From NCBI GenBank assembly GCA_001244265.2, contig CDLV01000014.1, positions 1 through 64,000 on the forward strand: DNA of 64,000 nucleotides. Reading direction: 5' to 3'. The notes beneath the pieces are model-generated. The model saw only the letters and a program-made list of their open reading frames with translations, was not told the origin of the DNA and ran no database searches. The stretch is from Microbotryum violaceum. Its lineage: Eukaryota. The first letter of the stretch is position 1; every line of letters starts with the position of its first letter. Below are positions 38,558 through 55,398 of this stretch, one piece after another. Both the position numbers and the translations under genes were made by a program.

Positions 38558-39267
38558 ACCCGTGGGTTCATGGGTGTTGTTTTTGGGGATTTCTGGTGGG
38601 TGTTTTCTGTTTCGTTACGCGGCGTGCTGCAAATGAAGCGCGTAGTGTCAACGTCAGGTAAGTCGCCCCTGACGCCGATCGCAGGGTACGTGCCGAGCCA
38701 CTCACAAGGGATCGTCAACCTGTCGTTATCTCACGCTGGACACACACACACAAAAGTCGTACAGTCGTGATATGGGCCGAGTCGTCAAGGGGGTCGTGCA
38801 AGTGAAGACTGAAGAGCCGAAGAGCGGAGGTTGTTTTGAAGTCCGCTAAAGAGGGCACGCGCGCGTAGCCGTTTCAGACAGGAGGCACTTGACTGTTTCT
38901 CGACCTGGGGGTCTCCTAAGCGCGTCTCGGTTGCGCATCGCCGATCGTGGCAATCAATCCACCGATTTCACTTTGCGCACATTTTCTCTTTGCTACAAAT
39001 TTGCGAATTGGCAGCGAATGCAATCCGAGTGTGCAATTGAATGATTTCAAAAAGTCAGGAAGCGACGAATCCGGAAAGCGGGCACAAGAACGCTACAAGT
39101 ACAAGATGCGAAGGTATGAACGAGATGCAATAAATACGACAAGGGATTCGACGACTGGGTAATGCGATAGTACTAAGCGACATAAGGAGAGAAGAGAATT
39201 AGTGGCTGTGCGGGAGAGGATGGAAGGCGGCGAGGTACGGGCGGCGCGTAGAGAGAAGAACGGAGTT

Positions 39268-40642
39268 TCATGATCGCATTCGCATCCAAGGGTGGTCGCA
39301 AAGGCGTTCGAGGGTAATGCGCTCATCGACGTTCACGGCGAAGCATTGGTCGAGCAAATTGTTCGCGGCAGCGGAAAGCTTAAAATTGAGCTCGCGGTTG
39401 CGCTGAGCACGGCGAATGTGATGGCGAGTAGGGAAGGGCGTCGAGCCGGTCAGGAGGATGTGCAGCAGCACGCCGAGAGACCACACCTCGGCGGGGAAAG
39501 GATGGTAAGGCTCCTTGTCGAGTGTTTCTGGCGATGCAGAAGAGACGGTTCCGAAGAAACGGTTGCACATCGGGACGGGCTCCGACGTGCGAAAGTGAAG
39601 TGCCGAGCCAAAGTCGATAATTTTGACGCAGCCTGCGGCATCAACGACGACTGATGGGCACCAAGCAGATGGGAGGTCAGTCTTCTGACAATCATAGAAA
39701 CCATCTCCCCGAAAATAGTACACTTCACTAACTTACTGTTCTCGTCCTTGAGGTCGCGGTGCGTGATGCCTCTCTTCCTCAGATCGTAGACCGCGTCGAC
39801 GATCTGCGCGAAAAGGAACCGGGCGGTCGGCTCGTTGAAGTGCGAGTGCTGCTCGATGCATTCAAACAGGTCCGACGACGAGCTCCGGCGCATCATCGGC
39901 ATCGAACGGGTCATGGTGGCCGATTGGGGCTTGGGCTCGAGCGAAGTGAGCGACAAGGAGTTGAGGGCCGAAGACCATCGGATCGGCGTGGGGCGGGAGA
40001 TCCGCGGAGATTCATGCAACGAAGAGGCCATCATTTCGGAGGATCGCGGCGAGCTCGCTTGGGCGGCGATGTCGGAGGAAGAAGGCAGCGAGTGGAGGGG
40101 AAAGAATGCTGTCGGTGGGGTGAGGGGCGGTGAGGGAGGAAAGATAATTGGCATGATCTCCCCGACGTGGTTGCTCGAGGGCTTAAGCCAGGGCGAGCCG
40201 TGATGCTCCATGACCTGCGAGCGGGTGCGGAAAGGTGGGCGTGATGCATCAGGAAATCATATCCCCCATTTTGACGCAAGAAAAGCAAGAATCGTATTGT
40301 GCTCACAAGATAGAAATAGTCGTCATCGGCGAAAAGGTCGAGGTACTCGACAACGCCGCGGTGCCGCGCTTGGCGAAGGACGTAGGCCTCGAGCGGTAGC
40401 ACGATCGTGCCGTCCTCCCACATGTCGAGCCCCTCCGAGGCCTCCCATCGAGCTCGAACAATGGATTCGCGAGCCATGCGATTTTTTAGTATGAGCTTGA
40501 TCGCAACTTGGCGGCCATCCGCACGACGAGTGGCCCTGCACACCCATCCGAAGCCGCCGCTGCCGATCAGCTCCTCGAGCTGGTAGTGCGAATGGAAGAC
40601 TGAGCCGGGAGGCGGCGACGAGGAAGGGTCGACAGCGCTCAT
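39268..40642 (-). CDS. Ser/Thr protein kinase, PASK/PIM-like catalytic domain, no PAS domain
   Basis: IGSGGFGWV, VAIKLI, LPLEAYVL, DLFECIE, HRDLKDEN, IIDFGSA, FFGT...SPE, EVWSLGVLL. Two introns and a Ser/Pro-rich insert within the domain. Confidence 0.9.
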
Positions 40643-43600
40643 GTCGTGTTTTGAGGGTCGAAAGTGAGTAAAGAAGGAGGCGGATGCTTCGCAAAGGGAT
40701 GTAGCAAGAATAAGAGATGCTGGCCGCTCGACGCGACTGGAGCGGATCAGAAGCGGCGACGATGATTCGGGAAAAGCGCCGGCGGTTTATCTGGCGGTGG
40801 ACTGGCGCCGGAGCTACGTTTGGATCGCAGATGACTCGGAAGTGGAATAAATGAACGGGATGAAAAAAATGCCGAGCAATGCAATAAGAAACGAAGTTGT
40901 AGTTGGTGATGGAGAAGTGGAACCGTGCAGCGAAGAAAGGAGGGAAGAGAGAGAGAGCAGGTGGGAAGGTGGAAACAATTGGGCGCCAATGAGGAGGGAC
41001 GATGTGGGGTGTCCGTCGGTCGAGGGTGTGTGATCGCACCAATCGGGTCGGCGAAGCGGGTGGGCGAGTGAGAGCCAATTCTTGGGAGTCCGCCGCGGGC
41101 GACGTCGTCGACGGCGAATAGGGAGTCCGCCGATCATCTCGCCTTCTCTGTGGTCCATTTAGCGGTAGCCAAAAGCTGATGCAACGTGCCTTTACATCTT
41201 CGGCCCTGTAGAAGTGGCACGTGAACCGAGAACAGATCTCCCCGTCCCATTGAGAGCAATTCTTCGTACCTTAAACCTTTGCAATGGCGCAAGCGCTGAA
41301 TCTAGGGTTTCGAGGCCTCGCCGTGCTGGACCAAAAGCTTCCTTGCAACTTTCTGTCTGCATTCTGGCCACGCGCGCGTGTGCTGGCGCGCCTGACGGGC
41401 TCACGCTCGGCTCAAGGCACAGAACCTCGACGTCCGTTGTCGCGAAGTTGGTATTGAACTTTCGGATGCACGAGCACCCTGAATGTACTTGTTCTATTCC
41501 CTATTCAAGAAGTGCTGTAGATACTACCTGGGCGCCAATCTAGTCACCGGCCTCGCCTTCTATGGCAGCAAAATGGGAAGTGCCGCCGAAAGATAATCAC
41601 ACTCGCGTCTCGTCGCGCACCCGACGAAAGTCGACGCGTCGAGACGGCGCGCGGCGGACGCCGGCGGCTACTACCACGGAGCTGTGATCAGTCGTGCTCG
41701 ATGCATACCTGGGTACAATTGCACACTTGGTGGACTTTACCAAGATGTAACATGTAAATCATAAGCCTCAGCTCTAGATATTATTGGAATGCTCGTTGAG
41801 CTTGAGTAGCTCGTGTGCGCCTCGTCGAATCTGAGAATCGTCCTGGACGTGTAAATTGCTGTGTGCCGGCCTGAGACAACCAAGCTGCGAAACCAAACTA
41901 CGGTACCTGCGCCGCAGCATGCAGCCAGCTGAATCTTGTCCACATGACTACCTACCTAGCTACAGAGGAAGTCGCGAAATTGAGACGACCTTACTTTTGC
42001 GGGTCCTGGATAGCATGAGCACACCGGTGTCCTCTCGCATAAAGTGAAAAGTGAAAACTCACCGCCGCCGAGGCTCGACAGTGGGTACCTGACCAGAGTC
42101 GTGCTCAGTAGATGAGTAGGTACATAAGGCATCTTAGAGCTTTTAGATTGAAGCTTGAATGAGTTGAATTCTAAAAACACGGAGCTTTCAGCGCCATCAC
42201 ATCGAGCAGGATCTGGAACCGAGCGGAATTAAGCCAACCGCGCAGCCAGGTAGATCCGTGCCGCTAGGGGCTAGACATTCGACTCGCGGCGGTTCCGCTT
42301 CATTCATAAGCGATGTCAGGCACCTAGGTGCCAACTAAGTTCGCGGGAGCGGCACACTTAGTTTCACACTGTCGTTTGTAAACTCAGAGTCAGCCTTGCT
42401 TCGTCAAAAGATTGCCCAGGTCGAGTTGGATCACCCGACTGTCGTCGACAATGTTTGACTTCACGGCCACCGTTCGGAACGACCTGCGCTCATTAGAGGC
42501 CCATTGTACGGCAGGGCTTTTGGCTCGCATCAGTAACACCTTCAAGTTCACATTGCATTCTCGTATAAATTGCTGTTTTCTTGTCCCGCAACATAGGTAT
42601 GTTCGCTGCTTCAGCCGCGATTAGCGTCAAGTATGAGACGTCGAGACTTGTGAAAACGAGCTCGTGCAACAGCTTGCGCTTTTTTTGACAAGAGTCCTGG
42701 CACGCGCCTGCCAGCGGTAGGTAAGTAGGAACCATTATGATGTTCCTATACTTCCTCGAACAAGCTCGTTATGAGTTCTCTTGGACGTTCCAGGTATCAG
42801 CGACGCTCCTCAGTTCACAATGCTCTCTCGTTCAACGGACTTCCATTTTTCAGCGCGGCGGGAGTCTCCAATGGCCGGCGCCTCCGAAGGCAAAAAAGCG
42901 TTCGACTCCGGGGCTCCAGATGCTTGACAGCACTACAGAAGCGGAACATGGGCCGCTATACTTGATGCAACCTCTCTTCCGCGGTGAGCGGATGAACGGG
43001 TACATAATCTACCGTACATACCGTCCTCGACTGGCCATGGGCGACGGGAAGGTACTGGATCGTGCTTGGCGCGTCTGTTTCATTCGCGTTGATTGCGCCC
43101 CGCTTAGCACGGGCCCGTGGGTGGGTCCAGAGCCAGGTCGGAATGGGCTTCTTGATGTCAACTACGAGTCACATCGGCTATCGCATGAAGCCAATCAACC
43201 TACATAGGTGCCTAGTACCGGAAAAATAAGCACCTGCTGACTCGAGTCGACCAACGACGTCTCTTCTTGCTAAGCGACCGCTCACGCGAGCATGTGCACG
43301 GACGACGGTCCGCGTCAGCCGGGGAAAGGGGTCTAAAAAAACTGGCCAAGGCCTAGCGATTCGCCAATGTCAAAGGCGTGTCAACGCTCACCGAAGTGGT
43401 CGATCTTGTAGTCGTCTATCTTCTGGTTTAGGTGTTCTGCCGACTCCCTGCCAACCTCTAGTCTCTGGCGAAGCGTTTGACTACCCATGTGGGTGTCATC
43501 ACAGTGCATACATTCAGCTGGTGTGTCTCGGGTGTCTCGCGCAGCTCAATCAACCCGCGCGCCAGCGGCCAAAGTAGGCGCCGCGGCCCTGTCAGCATGT

Positions 43601-46600
43601 GGCGCTATGTAGGCGGTCGGCGCAACATAACCACGACAAGGTGTTTTTTCCACTGAGGGACCTACCTGCCTACCTAATTTTTGACATCACGCCCTAGAAG
43701 TTGGATATACGCTTAATAAAAGGGGCCCGCTTTGACTGACAGACTAAATGCGAGACTCGCCCGCGCGAGCGCGCCGAGCTCGAGTTTGTCGAGCTGCCAG
43801 GTGAGGATCCCGGGCCGTCGATCCGATATCCGTCGGCTCAATGCAACAGAAGCATTTTGCATCATTACTTTGGAAGAAAAGGGTCCACTGTAAATCCGAG
43901 TTGGTGCTCATACAGTGTGTCACAATTTTTTCAATTCGCTTCGAGGAGCGAAAAGAGAACTGCCCGGCCGCCGCCGATCTTGACCGTCGACGTGGAGCTA
44001 TGTGGACGTGACGGGTCGTGCCTTTTGACAGACGCCCGCTAGCGCTTTGAGCTGCAATGGGTTGCCGTGCTCTACTGCTCTAGTCTCCGAGCTCCGACTC
44101 GAGCGAGACTTTGGTCTCTGAATCACCAATATGTGGGGGAGAACCCAGATTTTAGAGACCGAGGTAACCCGTATTATGGTGACACCAACGCAAGTTTCCA
44201 AGCTAGGTAGGTGGGGTGATAGGGCTAAGGGAGGTGACGTTACTAGTTAGGAAGCGTACTACTAGTGGGCACCGGGACCCTTGGGCTGGTGGACTGATGC
44301 CCTACAAGCCCGTCAGTGCGACGCTCGGCTTGGAAATTGGGTCGACGTCGTTGCCTGTCCACTGCAGCCGACAGAGATTTCCATCACCGCAGCACACTCT
44401 CTGGAATAGGTCTACTTCCACATGGCTTAAACTTATAAATTGCACCGTCTATGTGCAGCAGCTATATCACGCTGGGGTGGAAATTCGAGGTAGATCGCGA
44501 GAAAGTGAGGTTCAAGCTCGATATATGCACTGGCGCGGAAGGGCATTGCAATCAGCAATTCTGCATCATGGCCGCCAGTCAAAGCAGCCTCTGTACGTAC
44601 TTTGGGCGTCTAGAACGTCTTATACAAGTATCTACCTCAGGAAGGTGAACCAGCTCTCAGAGGGCCAAAGCACTTGGTGCCGAGGTGGAAACTGCACAAT
44701 TAAAAAAACGTGTCGAGAGCCAGCCAGCACGGCCGATCGGTGTCCGGGCAAAGTCCGTGTCACCTTCGCATTACTGGCTAGGCCCCAATTTCTCGTAAAG
44801 CAGGTGTATACCTGGACTATTAGACGTCCCACCCGCCGTGGTAACAGTTACAAGCTACCTCGATCCCACATGGAGCGAGTCCGATACGCCTTCCGATCCG
44901 ATACATGTCCCCAATGTAGATAGATTCAACCAGGGCACATATAGGTCGCGACGTGCCGTTGTAAGGTATGCGCCTCTGATGTGCATCAATACAATCTGTC
45001 GTTCTTGACCGCCAGGCTAAAAGTAAGTCGTAACTAGCACTCGATAGTTCTAGCTACTCAGAGGCTACTCAGGGGGCTGTTCCTGTAAGGCATCCCCTTA
45101 CAGTCGTCACGTTTCAGTCCATTCTTGCCCATTGGCGGGCGACCCGCTGGCCTCGCGGAACGCCTACAAATGGGGTGGAAATGTGATTTTACCCTGTATA
45201 ATCGATCTGCCTGATCGGGGAGTATCATCAATCGCATTCAACTCCCATGCGGAATCAGCATACTGCGGTCGGAACAATTAGGATTGTAGGTCCGTGCCCG
45301 TGAGCTCGAGTAACACGCGCGACCCGACAATTACCTGTTTCGCTCGACGCCCAGTCGGCTGGTACTTTCGCGTAGAGTTTGAATTACAAGTAGTCGTTCT
45401 ACATTATTTCTACATAGGAGAATCTGCGCTGAGCTGACTTCCTTTCGACTGGGCTGGCGTTTGCGCTCAGGTAGATCGAGTTTTCGGCCTTCATATTTCC
45501 CATTGCCTGTGGAGGGAGAACACTCGCCCCGTCTTATATTTGCCGCAGAATACCTTCTTGATGAACGACAATGATGCTCTGGCGATCTCTCGAAAAAATG
45601 GACCTCTGAAGAGCACCTTACGTGAACCGCGCTCACCAATGGTGAAGAATTGCGTTGCCAACGCGCCAGTACCCCAAGCCCCTGTAAAAGTCAGACACGA
45701 CCCGCGCAAGTGTTCCCGCGTAGTTGGAACAACTCGCTGATCCTCTTATTGAGCCCTAACTAAGTCTGTTTACCTGATCATTAACATCGGCTAGACGTAC
45801 CATCACTCGGAGGCTCACCCACCCTTTCTGCACGGCACGGAAAGCCGTAACAAATCGTCTCCTGGACGCGGCCCGTCGATACACCTGCCCACGAAACGTG
45901 GCAGTCGCAACCGGCCAGCGGTGCCTAGCCATCTTCTGTCCCATAAGCGGAAATCTCCGCTATAAACCAGAGAACACGCTATTCAAGCCATTGAGAGACG
46001 CTCGTCAAGACTAAGGCACACCTGACTCTGTCCCGCGGCGAAAGTCAACCCCACAAAAGACCAAGCTCCGGCCCGACCCGGCGCGCGGCCCGCAACACAT
46101 GTCCGCAATATGTGGACACTTGATATTAGGTCAAAACATGACAAAACCGTATCATTTCGATGTCTTAGGGCAATACTAAGAGCAGTTCTAGGCTGAACCC
46201 CCAATAAGAACGTGACATCATGTATGCTGCAAGCCTAATGCTGACTCGAAATCTTCATGTGCGGACCGCAGCCTCATGTGCGCACAGGTGACCGACGCTT
46301 GTCCTCACACGGCGGTCTGAGGTCCGCATTTGCTGGGCTAGCATAAGCCTTGTAGCATACATAGTATCATTGGTTTGGTTGCAGATCTCGTCATGTGTTG
46401 ACCTAATATACAATACATGCCGGGCGTGCGGGGGTGTCTCGCGGGCCAACTGGGCCGGCGCTTCTCGCTCGAAGCTCTAATCTGACGGTTTACGATCCAC
46501 GACTTTAAACGTGTTCACTCGAATCCTCGCGTTCACCTATCGATCATTTCAACCAAGGTACTTATGCATGATATCTCACCTCAGAGTTATCGGTACGAAT

Positions 46601-46969
46601 CTCACCGGGAAATTATTTCTTGGGCGCATGGACTTTTCCTTGCCTGCAAAATTTCATCCCATCCCATCTCCGCTCTCTCTGAAGCAACCCCATTGCTTTA
46701 GTGAACTAGTAATTGACATTTATGTAGTGGACATTGTTTCACATCCGGAACACCAAGAAATGCTGGAGAACCGGGATAGGTAATAGCTGCTACATACAAA
46801 AGCGGAAGTCGAAGGAGTGGCTGGAAACGGTAAGAGTTTGTACTGTTTGCGGCGCATGAACGAAATCATCCAACGGAATCGAAAATATGCACAGATGGTC
46901 GCTTTCGAAGATGTGTATGTACTCAAGACACGCATTCTCAACAATTCCCGACTCACCCTCCTCAACACC

Positions 46970-49900
46970 TCAACTCGTAATTCCCATCGGCTCATCCTGT
47001 GCTCGTGTGACCGGCGACCCCTGACGAGCGGGCTCAACCTTGGGCAACGTTTTAGCCCACTCGACGATACTGCTCTTCTTCTGCTCCCTCTGCTCGATCT
47101 TACTCTCCAATGGCGGGGTAGGCGGCGGTGTATGAAGTGACTGGTTGTTGGTCGCCCATGAATCGGCTTGTGCGGGAAGACTGGTCGACATCAGTCTCGA
47201 TTCGAGAGGTTGACTTGTAGCCAATCCGCTTGCCCTACGATTCTCCTCAATGGTGACCCATCCTTCCCCAGCTCCACTCGCAACACTCGTTTCATTCTCA
47301 CTACTCCCGGCCCCTTGACGCTGCTCGGATCGATACTTTGGCGGCGAAGCAGGAGGGCCGACAAACGCGCGTCGATGCGGCTTGACGTGCGAAGTCGGCG
47401 ACGGAGGTCGAGCGAGGACAGGGGTGCGTCTCGATCCCTACTCGAGCGATGCAGAGAGATGAGAAAGGTCAGCCTGTGGTAATAAAACAGAGGAAGTAGA
47501 TCGGAAGTCCCACATACCTCCGGCGGTAGGTTCTCATCATCAAGAGCCCGAACCTCTTCCCTTTGCTCGACGGTGAACCCCAAGCACTTGACGCTCGCGC
47601 GTTTCTTGAAAGTAGTCGCAGAGCATTAAGAGGGTGATGTCGTCAGATCACAGACCTGGAATTTTCGTCGCTGAAGACTACTTCACTCACGAGCAATTCG
47701 TAAATTGACGCGAATCTGTCCGGATCGACCTGCGCCTTCCTCGCAGCGAGGACGGTGACGTCGTACGCGCAGTCAAATATCGCGTCGCGCTGCTGCTGGG
47801 TGTACAGATCAAGCTCGGACCACGGGAACTGTAGTTCGTGGGTCACTCGCTATCAGATCGCGTTGCGGCTGATGGTTGTGAACCGTGCGAAGCCTACCTT
47901 GGCAAGGATTGTGACGACGTTCAAAAACGCCCTTTCGAGTGGGCGTTCCCTCGACTCCCTCCCATCCTCGGCATGACGCACCAACTTTTCTACATCCTTC
48001 CTCGTCAAGATCGCTTGCGGCAAAACGTAATGCGAAGGAACAGGTGGTAACGCAGAGGCAGCGGGTGAGGGAGCGGGTGTCACAAAGTAACCTTCTTGCG
48101 AGAAGAGGTCGCGCATCAGTTCGCCGCGACGTTCCCATTTGACACGAACGGTGCGGTCGCCGAGCAATTTGCGGTCCATCTGGGTCATGACTTCGTTGGC
48201 GATTTGGATGCTCTTCATCTCGACGTAGGCGTGAGGAAGCGTGCGACCAGTATCACTAAGATTGATTTCAGCAGTGATCAGCGATTGAGGATCAGAACAA
48301 CCTCCTATGACTCAGTTTCGACTCACCGATGCAAAATCAAATGCACCGCCAAAAGCAGCTTCGGATTATCCTTCGGCGCGATCGTCCCCTCAGGCAACCA
48401 ATTCTCGACGTCCCTGACCGTCGTCGCGAAAGGCAGGTTCTCAATTTTGATGATCGGGAAAGCCGGTTTATGAACCCTCCAAGCGCTCCTCGCTTCGACC
48501 GAAGTCGAACCCACCCCGTCCGCCGTTGAGGTCGCTCCGTTCCTTCTTAGCGCCGATTCGTCGATGCTTCGTCGCGAAAAGGCAACGTGGCCGCCGTAGC
48601 TCCCGCGAGGCATCGGTCGGATGGATGTCATCAACAAAGGCGAAGGCACCATTTTATTTTCCGCCTCGAACCCGACTTGGTGTCCTCCCGGTGCACCCGA
48701 ATTTGAACGACCACCCGGGATTGGCAATAGTGAACTTTGAGGCAAGGAAGAGGCACGACCGTGACGAAAAAATCCTTTGCGCGATCCTCCGGAGCGAAAG
48801 CGCGAAGTCGGACCCTCGCCTGCACCTTGGAACGAGCGATTGAAAGGCTTTGAGCGGGGACCGTCGCCACCGGGACCGGCGTAGTGAGCACTCGTTTGGT
48901 CGAATGGGATCATCGGCATCATGATCGGTGGCGGCATCGAGTAAGAAGGTGGCGCTCCGAAAGCTGAGAGTATGTAGGGAGGCGGCATCGGTGGAGAAAA
49001 ACCCTGCGTGGTTTGCGCAACTGGAAAGACGAGCCCGTGCGGCACGATCGGAAACGGAAAGCCAGGCGGACGCGGAGGTGGAGTGTTGTGTTGCTGCTGC
49101 TGTTGTTGTGGTCCAGCTGCTACGTCACCGTATCCACCAGAAATCGTTCCATTGAGGGCGTTGCCACTCAGAGTCGCATCGTATCCCTGGTTCATCTCGG
49201 GCGAAAAAGATGGGATCTGAGGCAGCGGGACGGGTAACCACGAGGGATCGACGGGGAAGCCGAAGGGAGGAGGGTGGAACGGCTTGGTCATCGCCATCGG
49301 AACCGAGTGTGTCGGAAGGGTGTAGTGTATCGAGAACATTGAACTTGAATCCTCGTGCTGGATCCGCGGTTGTTGTTGACCTTGTTCGATCTCGTCGCCT
49401 TGCTCTCCAATCTGGCCCATCGCACCGATGGTGAACGAGTCGGTCTGACAGGCCAGGCACTTGAAAAGCTTGGTACGACGCCCTTGCTCGTCCGTGCCCA
49501 CGAACCTCGAAGAGCGAATGATGCTCCCCAAGTGCTCACGACAGATCTTGCAACCACAAGGGGCGAGTTCGCAAAAGGTCGGATGAATGCAGTGCTCGAC
49601 CATGCACGCGCAAGGAGGGTCGACGATGAAATCGAAGCGGGTCGATTCGGCAGGACATGACGCGACGAGAGGTGCAGGAGCTGAAATCGTCATCGCCGTG
49701 GAAGCACATAATGGATCCGTCTGAACCAGCTCATGCTCACGGCAAGGATAATCAACTGTCCCCTGGGCGCACAGTTCCGACGCAGCGACGGCGGTCGGAG
49801 TGACGTCAATCAAATTCGGGATAGGGGGCGTTGGATCAATGTGCATCGGGTAGTTCGCCAACCTCATAGCAGCGCCTGTATCTTGAAGATTGAACACGAG

Positions 49901-50134
49901 TGGAAAAGGAAAACCAGGAGGTGCACGCAAGGGAAGACGAGTCTCGGGATCGTAGATGAAGCCGTTCATAGAAGGAGGCGGTGGGTCCGAGGCCGTGCCG
50001 TGCAAGCGCATGGTTCCGTTCGGCTGTGAGGGTGGCGGCGGCGGCGGTGGCGGACTTTGGAAACGCTGTGGTCGCTTCGCTTGATGGGGGTGCCGATTAC
50101 CCGGCGGTACATTCATGATGGCCAATTGGGTCAT
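46970..50134 (-). CDS. RING-like zinc finger + RRM RNA-binding protein (spliced)
   Basis: Cys/His cluster CMVEHC...PCGCKICREH...FKCLAC. RRM with IIKIENLPF (RNP2) and TLPHAYVEM (RNP1). Helical region ERAFLNVVTILAK|FPW. Exons join through GT-AG introns to the stop at 46970. Confidence 0.75.
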
Positions 50135-51746
50135 GATAGTTCGAGGCCGGTCGTGTAGGCAACTGGAGATTCAGAGATGGAGTGATTGCTTTGTTTTCTG
50201 TACGCGACGTCAAATAAACAACGAAAAGCGGTTTTTTTTTTTTTTTTTTTTTGAGCAGCGGGACTTCGAGAGAGCGGGGGAATTTATTGGAGCTGAGGCG
50301 TCGGGACCTGTTTGTACAGAGACCTAAAGGGCCGAATGGTGGACCACGAGCAGATGCGCCGGGAACTCGAGTCGTTGTCACAGTGCGATGGCAAGGTCGA
50401 GCAAAGCGAGCGACGAGCGATGGCAATCTGTGGAAGCACACCAGGAAGTCTATAGTCAGTGCTGATCGCCACCGCGGAATGATGCAGGGCAAAGGGCCAT
50501 GTAGTCAACCACCGTCGAACCAGCTCCGTGCACTCATCACCTCGGAGGTCATCGAACTCCGAGGTCCGACTCGAGACCCGACTCACTCACCCTCGCAGTC
50601 ACCTGTCACAAACAGAACGAAGCGAAACCCAACGTACGACCGACCTCGAAGTGACAGCCGGAATAGGCACAACGGTTACAGAAGAGATGATCAATCTTTC
50701 GCACGTTCTTCCGAAACCGATAAGGTCGACTCTTGGCAGCGGTCGCCCTCGAAGGTGCGCGCTCGGAAAGGAGGCAAGTCCGGCTCGGAGATCTCTTGGC
50801 GCCTGGAGGTTGGCTCGGTTCGACGTACGGACGTCGGACGATGCAAGCAAGTCTGCTTTTGAGGTGATGCGACACCTAGTCGTACAAAAGTCTGGTGGGA
50901 TGAAGTAAGACAAGCGAATTGGGAATTGTTTATGTTCTGAGTGAGAGGCGAAAGCGAAAGCAATGAGCTCGCCAACTTCGCGCCACTGGTGCCGATCTCC
51001 GCCGCACCGTCCACGCGTCGCACCGATCGAGTTCAGCATTGCCTCCTAGAGGGCTTGGCGCTTCCACGTAGGAAGTTATCTACTATCAGGGAGTCTTCAA
51101 AAAGGGAAGGAAGGCTACTGCAACCCCTAGCAAAGTCGATCTTGCGTCATTGCCAGTCGGAAACCCGGAAACAAGTCCGAGGTGATCGATGTTCTCGGCT
51201 CAATTCGGCTCTGGAGGAGGATCGACCATCGTGTAGATTAAAGCGCCGCGTGTGAAGGACGGATTCCTGAAGCCCTGACGGAGAACATCTCCTCCGGAGC
51301 TTGATAAGGAAGTGAAAGTACACAACTCCCGCAGCGTGGCTCCGCCAAGTATCGGCGACTATACTCAACAACGCCTGAAAACTCCAAATGAAAATTGCAA
51401 AGGGGAAACAGTACCGAACCAACCTGCTAATCCTCCCAGGCCCCGATGCAGCCTCCACTTTTGCGATCCTAACATGCAGCTTTGCCCCCCTTCCCCCTCT
51501 GCCGGTGTTTGAATTCATGAATAACAGCAAGTTTTGTTCAAAGGCAGAAGTGTCGGCCGAATTGGAGATCTAAACCGGGCTCTCCTATTGGTTTTCAACA
51601 GCCACGCGCGTCCGGAGTACTTGTGATATCGTCCAATAGATCCTCAGACCAACGTCATTTCCAGGCCGGAACTCCCCAATGTTTTTAAAACAGAATCTTC
51701 AGCTCTTTTACAATGTCGACTCACAACCGAGCAGAACTAGACCACC

Positions 51747-53982
<2,236 letters not shown>

Positions 53983-54340
53983 GGTCGCGAATGATTGGCC
54001 GAATAGGAGCGAGAGGAAGAGGGAGAGGAGAGCGATCGCGCTCAGTGGTGCGACATTCAGCGCTGCATGGGTCCGAGCTCAAAATTCAGTCTAGCTTGAG
54101 CCAAAGTCCCCGCTTCAGCGTCGATTACCACGGCTTGCGTTCGATCGCACCACACCACCCGCCTTTAACGCTCGCTCAGGGGCTCTCCGAACGCTCGCCC
54201 TTCTTTCCTCCAGCTAAGCTTCGCCTCTCTCTTGCACCAATTCATCCGCTCGCTACCCGTTCCCCCCCCCTCTCGCACCTGCATCCCTCTCAAGTTCACC
54301 TCCCTTCCACTCTCTCGGGAGGTGACCACTACTCTAAAGC

Positions 54341-54967
54341 ATGAGCTCCCACTCGTCCTCAACTTCCTTCCTCGTCCTCATCATCAACAAAGCTGGTGGG
54401 CTGATATACCAGAAGAACTATGCCGGTACGTCGCCACCACCACCACCACCACCTCTCCCTGTCCTACCACCCCCACTTGGGCTGCTCTCCGACTCTCCTT
54501 AACTGATCCCCCCCCCCTTCCCTCTCTCCCACCTTTCTCTCTCCCACAGAGGGACTCACCCCCCTCTCTTCTAATGAATACCTCGTCCTCGCCTCGACGT
54601 TCCATTCAATCCACGCCATCGCAACTCGCATCTCCCCCGTCCCTCGTTCATCAGGAATCGATACGATCGAAGCCGAGGCATTCAAGATGACGTGTTTACA
54701 ATCACCCACAGGTAGGGTCTTTTCTTCCAAAGATCGTCTACTCTTCGAAACGTACTGTACTTACACCGACCTTTTCGTCCGCCATGGAAAACAGGAACCA
54801 AATTCGTATTGTTCACCACGCCCTCGCATCCCCACCCGGACCTCGTCCTAAGAAGGATTTACGAGACCTACGCCGAACACCTCAAAGATCCGTTCTACAC
54901 GGTCGAAATGCCAATACGATCCGAGAGGTTCGATACTAAGATGGCCGCGGTAATTAGGGCGGGTTAA
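54341..54967 (+). CDS. TRS23: TRAPP complex subunit Trs23/TRAPPC4 (sybindin family), 3 exons; missed by the ORF track
   Basis: IINKAGGLIYQKNY | LSSNEYLVLASTFHSIHAI...EAEAFKMTCLQSPTG | TKFVLFT...IYETYAEHLKDPFYTVEMPIRSERFD; TAA at 54965-54967. Confidence 0.93.
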
Positions 54968-55398
54968 GAGCGCAGAGCGCAGAGCAGAGATGGAGTTTAT
55001 TGGGGCGGACACTTTGAGAAGATGAATTGTTGTATAAGTATGAGGCTTCAGATCTTTTCCGTCGATTCAACACTGGGACATGCCTCGATGGTGACCACCG
55101 ATATCGAGCAACGATGACGAATGAAGAATACGAGCAACATGCCTCACCCGAGACTGCGTAGGGTCATTTTGAGATGGAGATACATACCAATAGCCGGATG
55201 ATTTCGTCAAGAAAGTGAGCTTGAAACTAAAGATCTCCAAGTCAGAGAGTTTGTCACTGCCGAGCTCGACCGTGCATTCCATCGGATGCTGCCTCTCGCC
55301 GCCTCTAAAGCCCGGAGAAAAGCTTGAACTCCTAAAGTAATGCTGAAAGCAAAAATGATGAACTCGATACTACAAAAGGAAAAACGTATCAAAGCACT

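Noticed and set aside
44216-44923. 235-aa ORF in the gene-free interval
   Set aside because: Non-ATG start, no domain and atypical composition; probably a chance ORF.
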